A DNA stretch of 64,000 bases from Thalia democratica (taxonomy: Eukaryota): the NCBI GenBank assembly GCA_965202585.1, contig OZ241826.1, positions 23,064,001 through 23,128,000 on the forward strand, given 5' to 3'. The notes beneath the pieces are model-generated. The model ran no database searches. It was not told where the DNA came from and saw nothing but the letters and a program-made list of their open reading frames with translations. Both the position numbers and the translations under genes were made by a program. This document shows positions 25,421 through 37,611 of the stretch, in pieces (position 1 is the stretch's first letter; the number at the start of each line of letters is the position of its first letter).

Positions 25421-28399
25421 TACTTTTTGTTCATAATGTGCGTGGTATTTTATAAGTATAACTCCCTATTTCCTGGTATTTTCAAGCCTCTGTCTTTCTG
25501 GTTATGCTTAAACCTAAAGGGCTATTAAAAGGGCAGATACTAAATGTGAATATTGCTTTTAAAAAATTCAATGCAGGCTTTGTTGTAAAATTTACCTAAA
25601 TCTGATATTTAATAAAATCCACTATAAAATAAAATGACAAAAACCTAAAAAACGTGAAATAAATATATGATAAATACTACGTTAAATATAAGAGGTAATG
25701 TACTTATAAAAAAATTATGGTAAAATATTGTCTTGGTTTTATTTAACTGTCACCTAAAAGACTAAATATTCATTACCTGAATGACGCCATGTAGGGTAAT
25801 AGTGTAAAGTACAAAAAAACCATAATTAAATTTAACTTAACTTATACTAACTGTTGATATTAAATAATAATTACTCTGTATAAAACTAGGCAAGACAATA
25901 AATGAGCATATTATGTTGAAGAACAATTGCAAACATTAAAAAATATATAAAGAACATCATACTTTAGAAATTACTTTAAATGTAATCAAAACTTTCCTGA
26001 GGAATCAACCAAACAGGAATAAAAATAAATAATTTTTAAAACAAAATAAGATATAACTACTTAAGATGTAAACAAAAATTAATATAAATGTAACATTGTT
26101 AGAAAAACACTTTAAATAACACAAGAAAATAATACAAATGATTCAACATGAATAACATGTTTACTGCAGCAGGCTGTGGCTAGAATGCCCCCACCACTCT
26201 CTGTGGCTGGTTTATAAAGCAATGTTATAAAATTTATTCAACATTACATTATTCTCCTTATGTAAACTTGCATCAGTATAACACTTGACCTTGCGAGCTT
26301 TCTCTTAAACGCTTGGATGAACATGGATTTTAGCTCAAAACTTTACATTAAATTTAAACAGTAATCGAGTGAAATTTGATATCCTGTTACAGGGTGCTGT
26401 TCATTGCAGTTTATTAATGCTCGATGCTTTAACTATTGTTTTTTGAAAATAACAAATTAGAAATTAACTAGTGTTTTTTTTTTCTGATTAAGTTTGTTTA
26501 CCCTCTTTGTAAAGTAAAAAAAACCACTAATAACATAATTTGAATCAAATTCGCTGAAATAGTTGACTTAAGCGTCTTATAATTTTTAGTCAAATTTTGC
26601 AAAGAAGTTTTGTTGTTTGCATGAAGCTAGAAGCTGATAACAAAATGGCATGTGGTGCAATTGTGTTTGATGTTTTATAGAACTCACTGATAACTGAAAA
26701 TTTGATTATAAAGTTGCTTATAAGAAGGTGAAAAAAAAATTTTGGGAGGATGTTCTGAAAACCTTTTACCCCAAAGCCTAAGTTAGTTGATAAGTATAAA
26801 TTTTACAATTAAAAGTATTTTCTTAATGTAAACTTTGAAAATAAATTATGTTTTGTTATTTAAAACATCATGGGTTATTTTGTTATTTTAAATCGTAAAA
26901 AGTCTTCATTAGTTTTGATCTTCACAAAACAAAAATTTAACATTGTGTCAGTTTTTGGAAAGGCAGTTTTCAAGTTGACTTGTTTCAATTTGTACAACAT
27001 TTGCGTAGGAATACGACCTATATATATATATTTTTTTTTAGAGACTGCTAAACTTTTAGTAAGATTTTCTTTTATAAAATAGTTAATTAATACTTTATTG
27101 GCTTATATTTCAAATATTTGTACAATAAAAAACAATGTATCTAGACAAACTATAAGTAATTTATTAAAATATAAAAAAACAATTATTCACAGGTAGTTCG
27201 TAAACTAAAAAAAAAAGAAAAATAAAATCTTCATATTCGAATAATTGAAGTTGCACCACTGAATAACACTCCTTGAATATTCATTGAACATTTTCCATAT
27301 CTGTTGAAAATTTATGGTTTTATTTAAAGAATGTTACACAAATCTTTTTAATCAAATAAATTTAAAAATACTTTCGCAAATTTTTAATTTTTCTCTAAAA
27401 TTTGACTTAAATAATATCTTAAGTTGGAAAGTAAAATATATATATATACATGTATATAGTTTATTGAACGAAAAAGACGCTCAAAGCATTCGATCTTAAG
27501 AACTAGTGCATGAAAACCTTACGATTGTCGAGTCGCACACCACAGATACCTTTTAACGTCTTGTCAACGAATTAAAGCGGTTTGTATGAAATGGTTGAGA
27601 AACCCTGGTGTACACATGCTCATTACGCACTTTATACAGAAAAATTTATTCTGTTACTGGTATGTCTGAAAAATACTATCCAGTATATTAGGCGGTGTAA
27701 CAGTTACAAAAAAGATATATGAAAATAATTAGACACATGATTTTTAAAAATTACAAAACTTTACAGCACACATTAAGGAAACTTAGGCTCCTGAAAAAAT
27801 ATCTCGTAAATCTACTTTTTGGTAGAAATTGGGAAAAACTTCATTTTCAAAATTTTTTATACAGTTGTGGTTTGTCACGAAAGAACAAACATTTTGAACA
27901 CAAAAAACCAAGAAGCAGGTCTTGGTTTTTTAGTTGTGTGGAAGTTTTCAATAAAATCTGGCAAAATTAATCAGACGATTAAAGTAAGCATTCCATAGTT
28001 TGCCTTTGGTGTTAAAAGAATCGCAAGTGGGTATGGTGATCTAAATAACCACTTTTAATTTTTAAATGAAATTCTGGTCAAAGATAAGATAATAAAACTT
28101 TAACATATGATAAGAACTAACAAATTAGTTTTGTAAAACACAACTGTATATGAAGAAATATGCATTTAGTTTTTTTAAGCTTTCTTAAAAGCTCACTTTG
28201 AAAACTATCTAAGCATTTAAGTTTAGTTTGAGAAAAATTAGTTACAATATTCTAACAGAACAATATATTTCTTGCTCTTTAAAACTACAAGTTTGACTAA
28301 TTGAAAAAATTTTGGCTCAAACGAATGTAATTGAAAATATTGTAATTTTTTAATGTTAAATTAAGTAAACTTCTTTAGTCATCTTAATAAAAAAGTTAA

Positions 28400-29124
28400 T
28401 AGGAGTCTATTCTAGAGATGTTTGACGCGAAGAACCTGATTGGGCTTCATTTGAATGTGCAAGACTTGAGTATCTAGTTAAGATACCTCAAGACTATAAC
28501 AATCGTGTTGAAAACTACAGATGAGTGTGAGATGGTCAAAAAGAAAATGGCGAATTTAGTATTTTTCATGATGCTAAATAATAAGAAAACAACAGAAGAG
28601 GCCATAACTTTACTAATTACATTAGATACAGTGATACATTGCAATAAAGAAATTTAAGAACTATGATGATGGAAATATGCTTTAGCTTCTTGATAGATTT
28701 TAAAAAGATATTAAGTCCAGACTGGAGCTTTGTGTTAGCAGAAAGCTAGCCATATTTGCGATGAAAAGTTGTCAGTAAATGAAAAGGCATATGACAGAAA
28801 ATTCTACCAAAGCCTGACACATCGTTCCTTCAATGATTGATTGAAGACTTGCAAGTTCACGTTGATTCTTTTTATTGTAGATACTTGAAAGACAAGTACC
28901 TAAAAACTGATAAAAATTGTAAGCATAAGTTAGCTTCTAAATTGGTAGAAGCTGTGAGGAAAAGAGGAGGAGATGTTAAAAGAAAAAAAATTTCTATTTT
29001 CCATGACAATTTAAAGAAATTGCAAAATTTGAATCATTGTTATGTTGGATATTTCAAGGATAAGAATGTAATGACAGAGAAATATGATTCGGCCAAGAGA
29101 AAAGGAATGTGGCTAAAATCTTGA
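28400..29124 (+). pseudogene. Degraded coding-like island of unknown origin, possibly an additional viral gene fragment
   Basis: Purine-rich composition similar to the downstream L element, broken reading frames and a residual 95 aa ORF (28837-29124). No motif confidently recognised. Confidence 0.25.
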
Positions 29125-29192
29125 TGCCATAATTACAAATAGAATAGTATATAAGATTTATTTAAGAGACAATACAATAGATTACTTTAGAG

Positions 29193-29330
29193 TAGGGGTA
29201 GGCAACTTACGGCCCGCTGAGTGAAAATGACCGGCCCCCAATTTTTTTTAAATTTAATTTTAATCAAGCCCGCATAAAAATTTGACTAGACCCGCGATAG
29301 GGTTATTCTGCCAGCTAAGCATTTTCAAAA
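29193..29330 (+). mobile_element. hAT-type transposon 5' terminus
   Basis: taggggtaggcaacttacggcccgc followed by cggccc/gcccgc subterminal motifs. Confidence 0.5.
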
Positions 29331-31327
29331 TTTATATGAAATCCGGCCAGTCAATGTAAATAATTAAAAATTTGTACAAAACCTTTTTTTGAATTTTTTC
29401 CAGAAAACAAAACCGTATGACTTTGACCCTAAAAAGGTTTTTGCAATTGACTTTTAATTTTTGTGATGATAAAAACACCTTTTTATAATAGTATCTTGTT
29501 ATATAAATATTGTAGAGCTATACAAATAAATACTTCAATTTAATAATAGGTTCATAATCAGGTATCAAGTATATACAATTGGTGTTCCAGCTCACGACAC
29601 AGGCAGGTTTTATATGAAAATCATTACTAAAGGATACATGGAGGAATTCCTAAACGTCTCATATTTCCTGGGTCAGCTCGTTTGCTCAGTATTTATGAGG
29701 CTAGCCAAAGATTAATTGTGTACTGGGGTTACCTTAAGTTGTTTTTTGAAGAGGTTTATAAAACAGGGCTTTAAAAATAGGCTTTAAAACATTTAAGTTT
29801 GTAACAAATTAAAAGTTTTAAACAGTTTTGTGAGACAGAAAGATGCTCACAAGCAAATAGAATAGCCAGCTTGCTTAAAAATACAGAGGTATTTATATAG
29901 ATTTCTTTTCTTCTGCTTGTTGTACAAAAAGTAAGTGTATATTATAAACCATTAATTATAATGCAGAGTTTATTTCAATATGTGTATTTTGAAGGTTAAT
30001 AATTGCAATAAATTTATTTAATCAGAATAGATAGTTCCATTGAGCCTTTATAGCCAGCTTGAGACATGCACAAGGCACCTTAAGTTAACTTATGTTGATC
30101 CTGCATCAGGTAAAAAAATAAACAAGTTTTGTAGTTATATAAAACAAGACTTACCTCCATTTTTGCTAATTTTATTTGAGGTTAAGTAAAGTAATTCTTT
30201 TTAAAACTTATTCTCCACTCCACCTTAAAAGAAGTATTGTTGACTTAATTCAACTTAGTTTTTAATAACTGTAAGAACTACGACTTGAAAGGCCAACTAT
30301 AAGTGTCAGACTACCTGCAGAGCGTGAGTTAACAAAATTAGGTGTCGTCCAGCAGAACAGAGTAGTTTGCATTTGCTAGTTTCTAAAATCAAGTATGTAA
30401 TTTTTTGTAACATTAACAACTAATTACACTAAGCGTTGGCACTAGATTCCCAGTTTTTGAAACCTTTTTTTAGTATAGTGTACATCAGACATGTTAAAAA
30501 GCTTTGCTTTGTTTACTCAAGCGTGAAATTAATAACTTAAAACAAACTAAATTTTATACGCTTCATTGCTGAATTACCATAGTAATAATTAGCATTTTAA
30601 CAAGTCTGGTGTACATAGTTTAATACACACAAGTTTTAATGAAAATATTGTTTCTATAGTATTTGAATTCTAATAGATCAGATCTACTTGCAAGTTGTAT
30701 GTTATGAGCCTCGTCAAAGAACTTAAAGCACGTATTCCTAAGTGTTTGGACTTAATCAAAAGTATCTCAGTACTTAATAAAGTGAGCTTTTTCAGTTTTT
30801 AGTAGAATTCGGCTGTAAGTTAAATTGATCTGAACTGTAAAATAATAGGTATTTGAGTTTCCTTTGCCTGAAATTAGTCCATTATTAAATAATAAAATAG
30901 TTTAGAATATGACTTTACAAGAAGAACGTGACTTTAATGAAAATTAATGGTCCTTCTTGTCTGCTGAATATCATGAAGCAACATGTTGTCACTTATCATG
31001 TTTATACATTTTCTAGAGCATCATTATTAATAAACTTTGTTAATACTATAAATAGAATTGTCAATTTAACTCTTAGGAAATCAGTTGTTTAAATCTCAAA
31101 AGTTTTAACAACACAAATAAAGTTAAATGAGAAAAATGAATAAAAAAAGTTGTGCGATAGATGCAAATTTTTTTGTGAATGACGTAAAAACACAGCCAAC
31201 ACTTTAAGAGTGCTTGAACTAGGATCAACAGAAAGTTGTAAATTAGAAATTTTTGTTTCAGTTTTTTTAAGTAATCTAACTGATCAAGCCAGGTTAAATT
31301 AAGTTGGTAAAAGTGAGCGAAGCTTAT

Positions 31328-33418
31328 ATGGATTTTGAAGAAGATTATATAGAATGGGAGACAGCGAAGTCCTCACCTATAACGCAGGTAGACTACAATC
31401 TAAACTCTCCGTTGATGATACGGGATGATGACTACATGAGAGATTTCCTTTTGTGTGGAAGAAGTGTTCCTCCAGACTTCAATTCTAAGCGGAAACTTTG
31501 GGAATTAATGAAGGCAGATAATCCACTTAGAGAAAGAGACAAGTTAATACCATATCAGGATTATCATTCGACGATGGTTGAAATACTCAATGAAAGATGG
31601 TCTGGATATTCTAGAAAGAATGTATTGACCATGTGGGAGGATATCTATGATATCGCACAGGAGCCCGTCAAGGTTATATCTGAAGCCCTCAATTTAGAGC
31701 ACAAAGACAAAAGCTTAAAGGGTAGATTTAAGAAGCTGTTAGATCCTGTCGATCATAGTTACAACAAGATCTCAGAATATATGTTTGGTAGCATCTTATT
31801 TTTTTTGATGACTCTGATTATCAGTTCTAGCGACTTTGGAACAGTATTTTCCAATGTGAGACGTTATTTTATGAAAATTAGCAAGGATCCCAAATTGGAT
31901 ATAGTGTCGGTAAAGAACAAGGAAGAAGAAGTTATTATAAAAAGATATCCCGGAGCTGTGTATTTCCGAAAATGGAAGATGGTGGTTTCTAGAAATTTCT
32001 TTTTGATGATTAAAGATATATTGACAGCAAGAGGAAACGGTCTCGCATCTCTCATAGATAGACAAGATCTCGGTGATGAACTGTATAATATACAGACTAT
32101 ATTATCGATGTATAAACATGGAGATGAGATCTTAAAACAGACTGGATGTCACGGCTATAAAGGTATCAAGCTTTTGGAGCCCATATGCAATGACAGGATG
32201 GCAGAGCTGGCAGATGGAATGAAGCTATTTCCTCGATTCGATGCCCTTTACAAACATATAGGAAAGACAATAACTGAATTGCCCTTGGGTGACCTGACAA
32301 GCAAGCTATGGTCATTAGTCAGAGATCAGACCAATCCTAAGTTAATTGCTAATATGTTTGGATCCTTTCGTCACTGGGGACATCCCTACATCAAGAGCTT
32401 AGAAGGAATATCTGATCTTTATGACAGAGTCACCTCTAAAAGAGATGTGAATTCAGAGTATGTTGAAAAGCTAGCAAGTGATTTTGCAAGAAAAATATTG
32501 CGGAGTGTCTTTTTGAAGCAAAGAAGGTGGAGTGTGGATGTTGAAAAGATGGATGAGTCAGATCCCTTATACAGTTTCATCAAAAACAAAACATGGCCTA
32601 CTAAGAAGGTGATCTTAGATTATGGCGACAAATGGCATCGATTGCCCATAACCCAGGCATTTGAATTGCCAGAAGCTATAGATATGTCTGATTTGTACTC
32701 TGACAAATCTCATAGTATGGATAGATCTGAATTCTTAGAAGCTTTGAGGACTGGATCGGGAGAGTTCTTCAAGTCCAAGAAAGTAATGAAAACGTTATTG
32801 GAAGCTCCAGACCTCTGTCTAAAGGATAAATTTGAACAATGGAGTCGTGTGGGAATACCGGATGAAAATAAAATAATCGGATTAAAAGAGAAGGTAAGAG
32901 AATTGAAAGAAAAGGGGATATTCTTCTCATTGATGAGCTGGGAATTGAGACTGTATTTTGTGGTGACGGAATACTTGATCAAGGAAAATTTCCTTCCTTT
33001 GTTTGACGGTTTGACTATGGGTGACAGTCAATCATCCGTCATACAACAAATGGCGAAAAACACCAGAGGACACGGGAGAGATGACTATAAGCTGATATTT
33101 GTCAACAACAGTCTAGACTTTGAAAAGTGGAACAATCTGCAGAGACATGAATCAAATAGTCCAATTTTTAAAGTTATGGACCAACTCATGGGTTTAGATA
33201 ATGTCATAGAAAGGACCCATGATCTGTTCAAAGAGTGCTGGGTTTATTATGCAGGAGGTAGGCAAATGATGACGATCAACGATGATAATCCAGAAAATTT
33301 ACATGGTGTGAGGGTGTTTTGGGAAGATCAAGAGGGAGGTTTTGAGGGAATTAGGCAAAAGGGATGGAGCATAACTGGTTTTTATATGTTAGAGAGAGGC
33401 AATGCAGGAAAATGCTGA
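31328..33418 (+). CDS. Intact 696 aa N-terminal portion of the viral L gene (ends just before motif C)
   Basis: ATG at 31328 (MDFEEDYIEW...) is in frame with the ORF-track ORF 31304-33418. It is terminated by an apparent 2 nt loss in a GA run at 33391-33398. Expression is unknown. Confidence 0.55.
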   Translation: MDFEEDYIEWETAKSSPITQVDYNLNSPLMIRDDDYMRDFLLCGRSVPPDFNSKRKLWELMKADNPLRERDKLIPYQDYHSTMVEILNERWSGYSRKNVLTMWEDIYDIAQEPVKVISEALNLEHKDKSLKGRFKKLLDPVDHSYNKISEYMFGSILFFLMTLIISSSDFGTVFSNVRRYFMKISKDPKLDIVSVKNKEEEVIIKRYPGAVYFRKWKMVVSRNFFLMIKDILTARGNGLASLIDRQDLGDELYNIQTILSMYKHGDEILKQTGCHGYKGIKLLEPICNDRMAELADGMKLFPRFDALYKHIGKTITELPLGDLTSKLWSLVRDQTNPKLIANMFGSFRHWGHPYIKSLEGISDLYDRVTSKRDVNSEYVEKLASDFARKILRSVFLKQRRWSVDVEKMDESDPLYSFIKNKTWPTKKVILDYGDKWHRLPITQAFELPEAIDMSDLYSDKSHSMDRSEFLEALRTGSGEFFKSKKVMKTLLEAPDLCLKDKFEQWSRVGIPDENKIIGLKEKVRELKEKGIFFSLMSWELRLYFVVTEYLIKENFLPLFDGLTMGDSQSSVIQQMAKNTRGHGRDDYKLIFVNNSLDFEKWNNLQRHESNSPIFKVMDQLMGLDNVIERTHDLFKECWVYYAGGRQMMTINDDNPENLHGVRVFWEDQEGGFEGIRQKGWSITGFYMLERGNAGKC

Positions 33419-36400
33419 AACTAGCGTATTATTACAAGGCAATAATCAGATCATAACAAGGAAATATAAAGTTAATGCGGCAGATGAGAAAGGTATATTA
33501 AGAGAATTAGACAATATAAGAGCTAATAACAATATAATGTTAAACAAAGTAAGAGTGGGTAGTGGAAAGTTGGGCTTGACTCTAAATCAGGATGAAGTTA
33601 TGACTTCTTGCGAGTTTATAAATTACGGAAAGTTGTTAAAATTCTGAGACAAAACTATACCTTTAGAAATCATAAGGCTCTCGAGGGTAATGAGTGTTAC
33701 CAATGGACAGTTACCATCTTTTAGTGCGAATTTGTCTTCTACATCGACAGCTGCATTGACTATATGCCAGTACTCAGATTCTCCTGTGTACTCAATGTTG
33801 GAATACTCATTCTTCGGAGCTTTGACTTTCTTGCTTTCTATGATACACAGTGTCGTCCTAGGAGAATCTTACATAAACACCAAGACAAAATTTGATGACC
33901 CTTCAACATACAAGTTCATCATAAGATATCTGTATAAGAATCCAAGTGTAGGGGGCGTATCAGGAATGAATCTGTATCGTTTTATGCTCAGGGGATTTCC
34001 TGATCCTGTCACAGAGTCACTTTCCTTGTGGAAAATGATATACGACAATGGAAACTCTATCCTCAAGGAACTAGCCATAGAGGCGGGAAATCCGATGTTA
34101 GGGCCTGTGGATCAAAGATCCTTTTATAGACTGTTAGAAAAACCCGAGTCTTTAAACATACCAGGTGCAATATCTTATAAAACAACTTTAAAAGAAGAAG
34201 TAAGGAAGGGGCTAAGAGATCATCTTCCAAAAATTCACAACAATTTTCTTATAGAGGCAATTAATTACAATTTCGACAATACACATGACACAGTCAATTA
34301 TATCATGCAGATTAAGCCCCTGTTTCCGAAATTTAACTCAGAATTTTACCAATCAACGTTTCTTAAATTAGCTGATTCTGTGATAGGACTGTTTGACAAC
34401 TCAAATACGATACAAAGAATATTTTCTGAAGAATTAAATTGACATATGGGAAGTGGTGAGAAGGAGTGAAAGAGACTCTCTCAAACAATTGATAGATCCT
34501 AGGGTCGGGAGTTTCAGTGAAATTTGGGGATGCTCTTCTAGCAGAGCAGACAGACTAAGAGAGTCTGGTTGGGGATCTAAAGTGGTAGGAACTACTATAC
34601 CTCATTCTTTTGAGATGTTTCAGAGGATAAAAGTAGAAGATTGAGATATCATATCTGAACCTCATGTCTTGGTCAAAAAACAGGGTATATCTTGGTTGGG
34701 GGAATGGAAGAGGGGCCCCTTGCATGCCTATCTAGGTTCTAGAGCCAAGGAATCCACTTCTTTATATCAGCCCTGGGAGCGAGATGTGGAGGCTCCTACT
34801 CTAAGAAGAGATTTGAAGCTCCGAGATGCCATAGGATGGTTCATTATGTCTGGGTCCTATCTGGCTAAAACAATATTTAGTAATATTCTAGCTTTATTAG
34901 GTGTTGATATTGAAGAAGAGCAGACAAAATTCTTGAGGTCAGGAAATCCCATACATAGATTTTACTCTTCAAGGCAGAGCTACCAAGGCTCTCCTGGGTG
35001 TGGAATAAATAGTCTCACTGTTTTACGACTACAGATTACTTAGGAGACATTAATTCAGAAAATCACGACTTCATGTACCAGTCAGTTATTATTTGGTCTT
35101 CAGAACTGACCATGTTTCAACCGTATATGAAAGTGAATGTAAAACCGTATATGAAAGGAGTATTGGATGGACTGGTCGTGGAAGCAAGCATAGGCTCTAT
35201 GACCAAGAGATTTACAGAACATAAAATCAATTTTAGATATGTTCATGAAGGAGCTGTTTTATCACTCATAACATCCTTAGCTTCTAATGACAACTTTCTG
35301 CAATGTCTAAAATTGAGTGAATTTGAATCATACATCTCTGATAGATCTGGAACCTTTAGTAAGAACTACCCTCCCACTCTAGGAGACATTTAACATCTGG
35401 TCATGTCATGGTTCATTGATGAGATAATAACATCAGGAATGAGACCATTGAGGCCAGACATGTGGCTGTTCGCTGACTTATGCACTCTGAAAATGAAAAT
35501 TTTATTCATAATATGTAAAGAGTGTCAAGACTGGCTCACAGGAAGAATCTAGATTCTAGAGACATAAAAGTTATAGACATTTTAAGAACTTTAATGTCTA
35601 ATTACGCCAGTTATTTTGGAAGGCCGGAATTATCAGGAGAACTCCACAGAGCTTACCCCGATATGAATTTTATAGAGTTTAAAGGAGCCGATTACCAAGT
35701 ACGAAAGGCGATAACGGCACCTAAATTTAAGAATCCTAAATCCAAGTCCAAAAAGAAGAAAAACAAATTTAAAAGAGAGAGGATCAATTTTTCATCTATC
35801 ACTGAGAATCTAGAAGTTTTTCATTTACCTAGGGAATTAAAAGACGATTCTTTAATGATTGCTCATGATTACTCAAATCCAATCATATCCGGGAAAAGGC
35901 TTGTCTATCTCAATACGGGAGCTCATTACAAATTAAAATCCATGTTGAGAAGAAGGGACAATATCAAAAGGGCTATGATAGTGTGGGATGGTGCAGGAGG
36001 AATAACTTATTTGGTATTGGGGATGTATGATGATTGCAGAGTGTTTTATAACTCCATATTTTCTGTGACTGATAATTTATCAGGCTGATTGTCTCCAGGA
36101 GTCCCAGGAGCTCTCACTGTACTGTCCGATGCTCAATCAGCTCGACGTGTAAACAGAAAGTCTGCATGGAAGCCATCCTCTGACCTCTCAAAATCAGATA
36201 CTTGGGATTATTTCAAAAGCATAGTGACAAAATTCTTTGACGGGCGAAAGTGTGAACTTTGCATATGCGATGCAGAGATAATTTCTGAAGAAATGACTAG
36301 TAGAATAGAAAATCTTATGTATGATCGGCTTCAAGACGTTCTCAAAGTTGGAGGAAGAGTGATACATAAGACATTTTGGAACAGATTGATGAAAAGTCCT

Positions 36401-36484
36401 CCAAGTCTAGTGAAACTTGTGGAATTGTTCCATATCGTGAAGGTTGTAATTTTTTTAAATAAAATCACAATAATAGGTACCTAA
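31328..36484 (+). pseudogene. L: Endogenous viral element: rhabdovirus L (RdRp, capping, connector, methyltransferase), C-terminally truncated
   Basis: Colinear motifs DYNLNSPL, FRHWGHP, K.RELK, DFEKWNNLQR (motif A), QEGGFEGIRQKGWS (B), LQGNNQII (C, GDN altered), GTTIPH, YLGSRAKES, IHRF (HR), WLFAD, TGAHYKL, DGAGG, SDL...TWDYF. At least 8 stops/frameshifts after 33390. Confidence 0.97.
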
Positions 36485-37167
36485 AATTCAGAATCACAAA
36501 TATGTAAGTTTCAAAATACTATCACGGTAAAACTTTCTCAATAAAATACACTAAATATAAAATAGATATTCGTGAAAAACTTGCTTTAAGCATTTAGTAA
36601 AAGAACTAGAAGCGCAGGTTTAAAATTGTTTAAACTTGCTCGAAGGTATTTCTGTTCTAAACAGAGTAAGCATTTTTGTTTAAGTTTAGTGTAAATGTTT
36701 TGGTACTTTTTTTTAGTACACTTTCAAGCAAATCGTCCTTATGGAAAAAAAAATAAAAAAAATACATTTTAAAAATTAAGAATAAATAAGAGAAACAACT
36801 TGAAACGTGCGAAAGAGAATATAAAACAAATACCTATCCTGATATTAAAGTTAAGATATTTCAATAAGTATAAAATATAGTAGATGTATTTTTAATGAAA
36901 ACTAAATAAACAAAAAACATAAGTCAGAAGCTCCTCTTCAAGTTTAGTTATTAAGTTTTCTAGAAAAATATTTTGCTTTGTAAACTTAGTTCTAAAAAAA
37001 CTTTACAACGATAAAGATAAACATTTTAATAATTTATTATCAACACATGAATCTTATATGGTTTCAAAAAGAAAACGTTTAAAGGTCATTAGCTTTCTGG
37101 TGAAACTATTTGTTTCATTCCATTATTAGACAATGCTTTTAACATTCGTTAAAACTGTTGGGTAGAA

Positions 37168-37279
37168 AAGGTCACATGTGATATTTACTATAACGTATTT
37201 AATAAAATATCTATATGACAAGATAATCTATATCACCCACACAGATGAAAATCCAAATAAGTGTCTGATTTGTGGAAAA
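37168..37279 (+). pseudogene. C2H2 zinc-finger relic
   Basis: KVTCDIY..VF...THTDENPNKCLICGK resembles a finger plus HTGEKP-type linker, with a stop and a frameshift. Confidence 0.5.
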
Positions 37280-37611
37280 TAAAGCTATTAAAAATTTGAT
37301 AATGCAATAACTATGAACATAAAAGTAGTGTTTTAAAATAGTACGCCCAGTTTGCGCTGCCTGTGTAAATATTATATTGACCACATGAAACCGAAATTAA
37401 TCATTATGAGAAATTTTTAGGAAGATATTTTATCATAGTACGAAAAAAATAAGTGATGTTAACATGTTTAAAATAATATTTTATTTGACACCCCGACAAA
37501 TTAAAATCTAACTAATTAACTGATTTTAGAGTAAATATATTGCAATTAAATATTCTTTTAAGCAATGATAAGTACAAAAGTATAAGTTTAGTTGAAAATT
37601 TCTTGATTGTG

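Noticed and set aside
31220-31290. Rhabdovirus gene-start-like words (aacag at 31226, ctaactgatc at 31277) and a gene-end-like gtgaaaaact at 36572
   Set aside because: They are only partial matches to AACAGNNATC / TATG(A)7 and are expected by chance in AT-rich DNA, so they are not used to define the ends.
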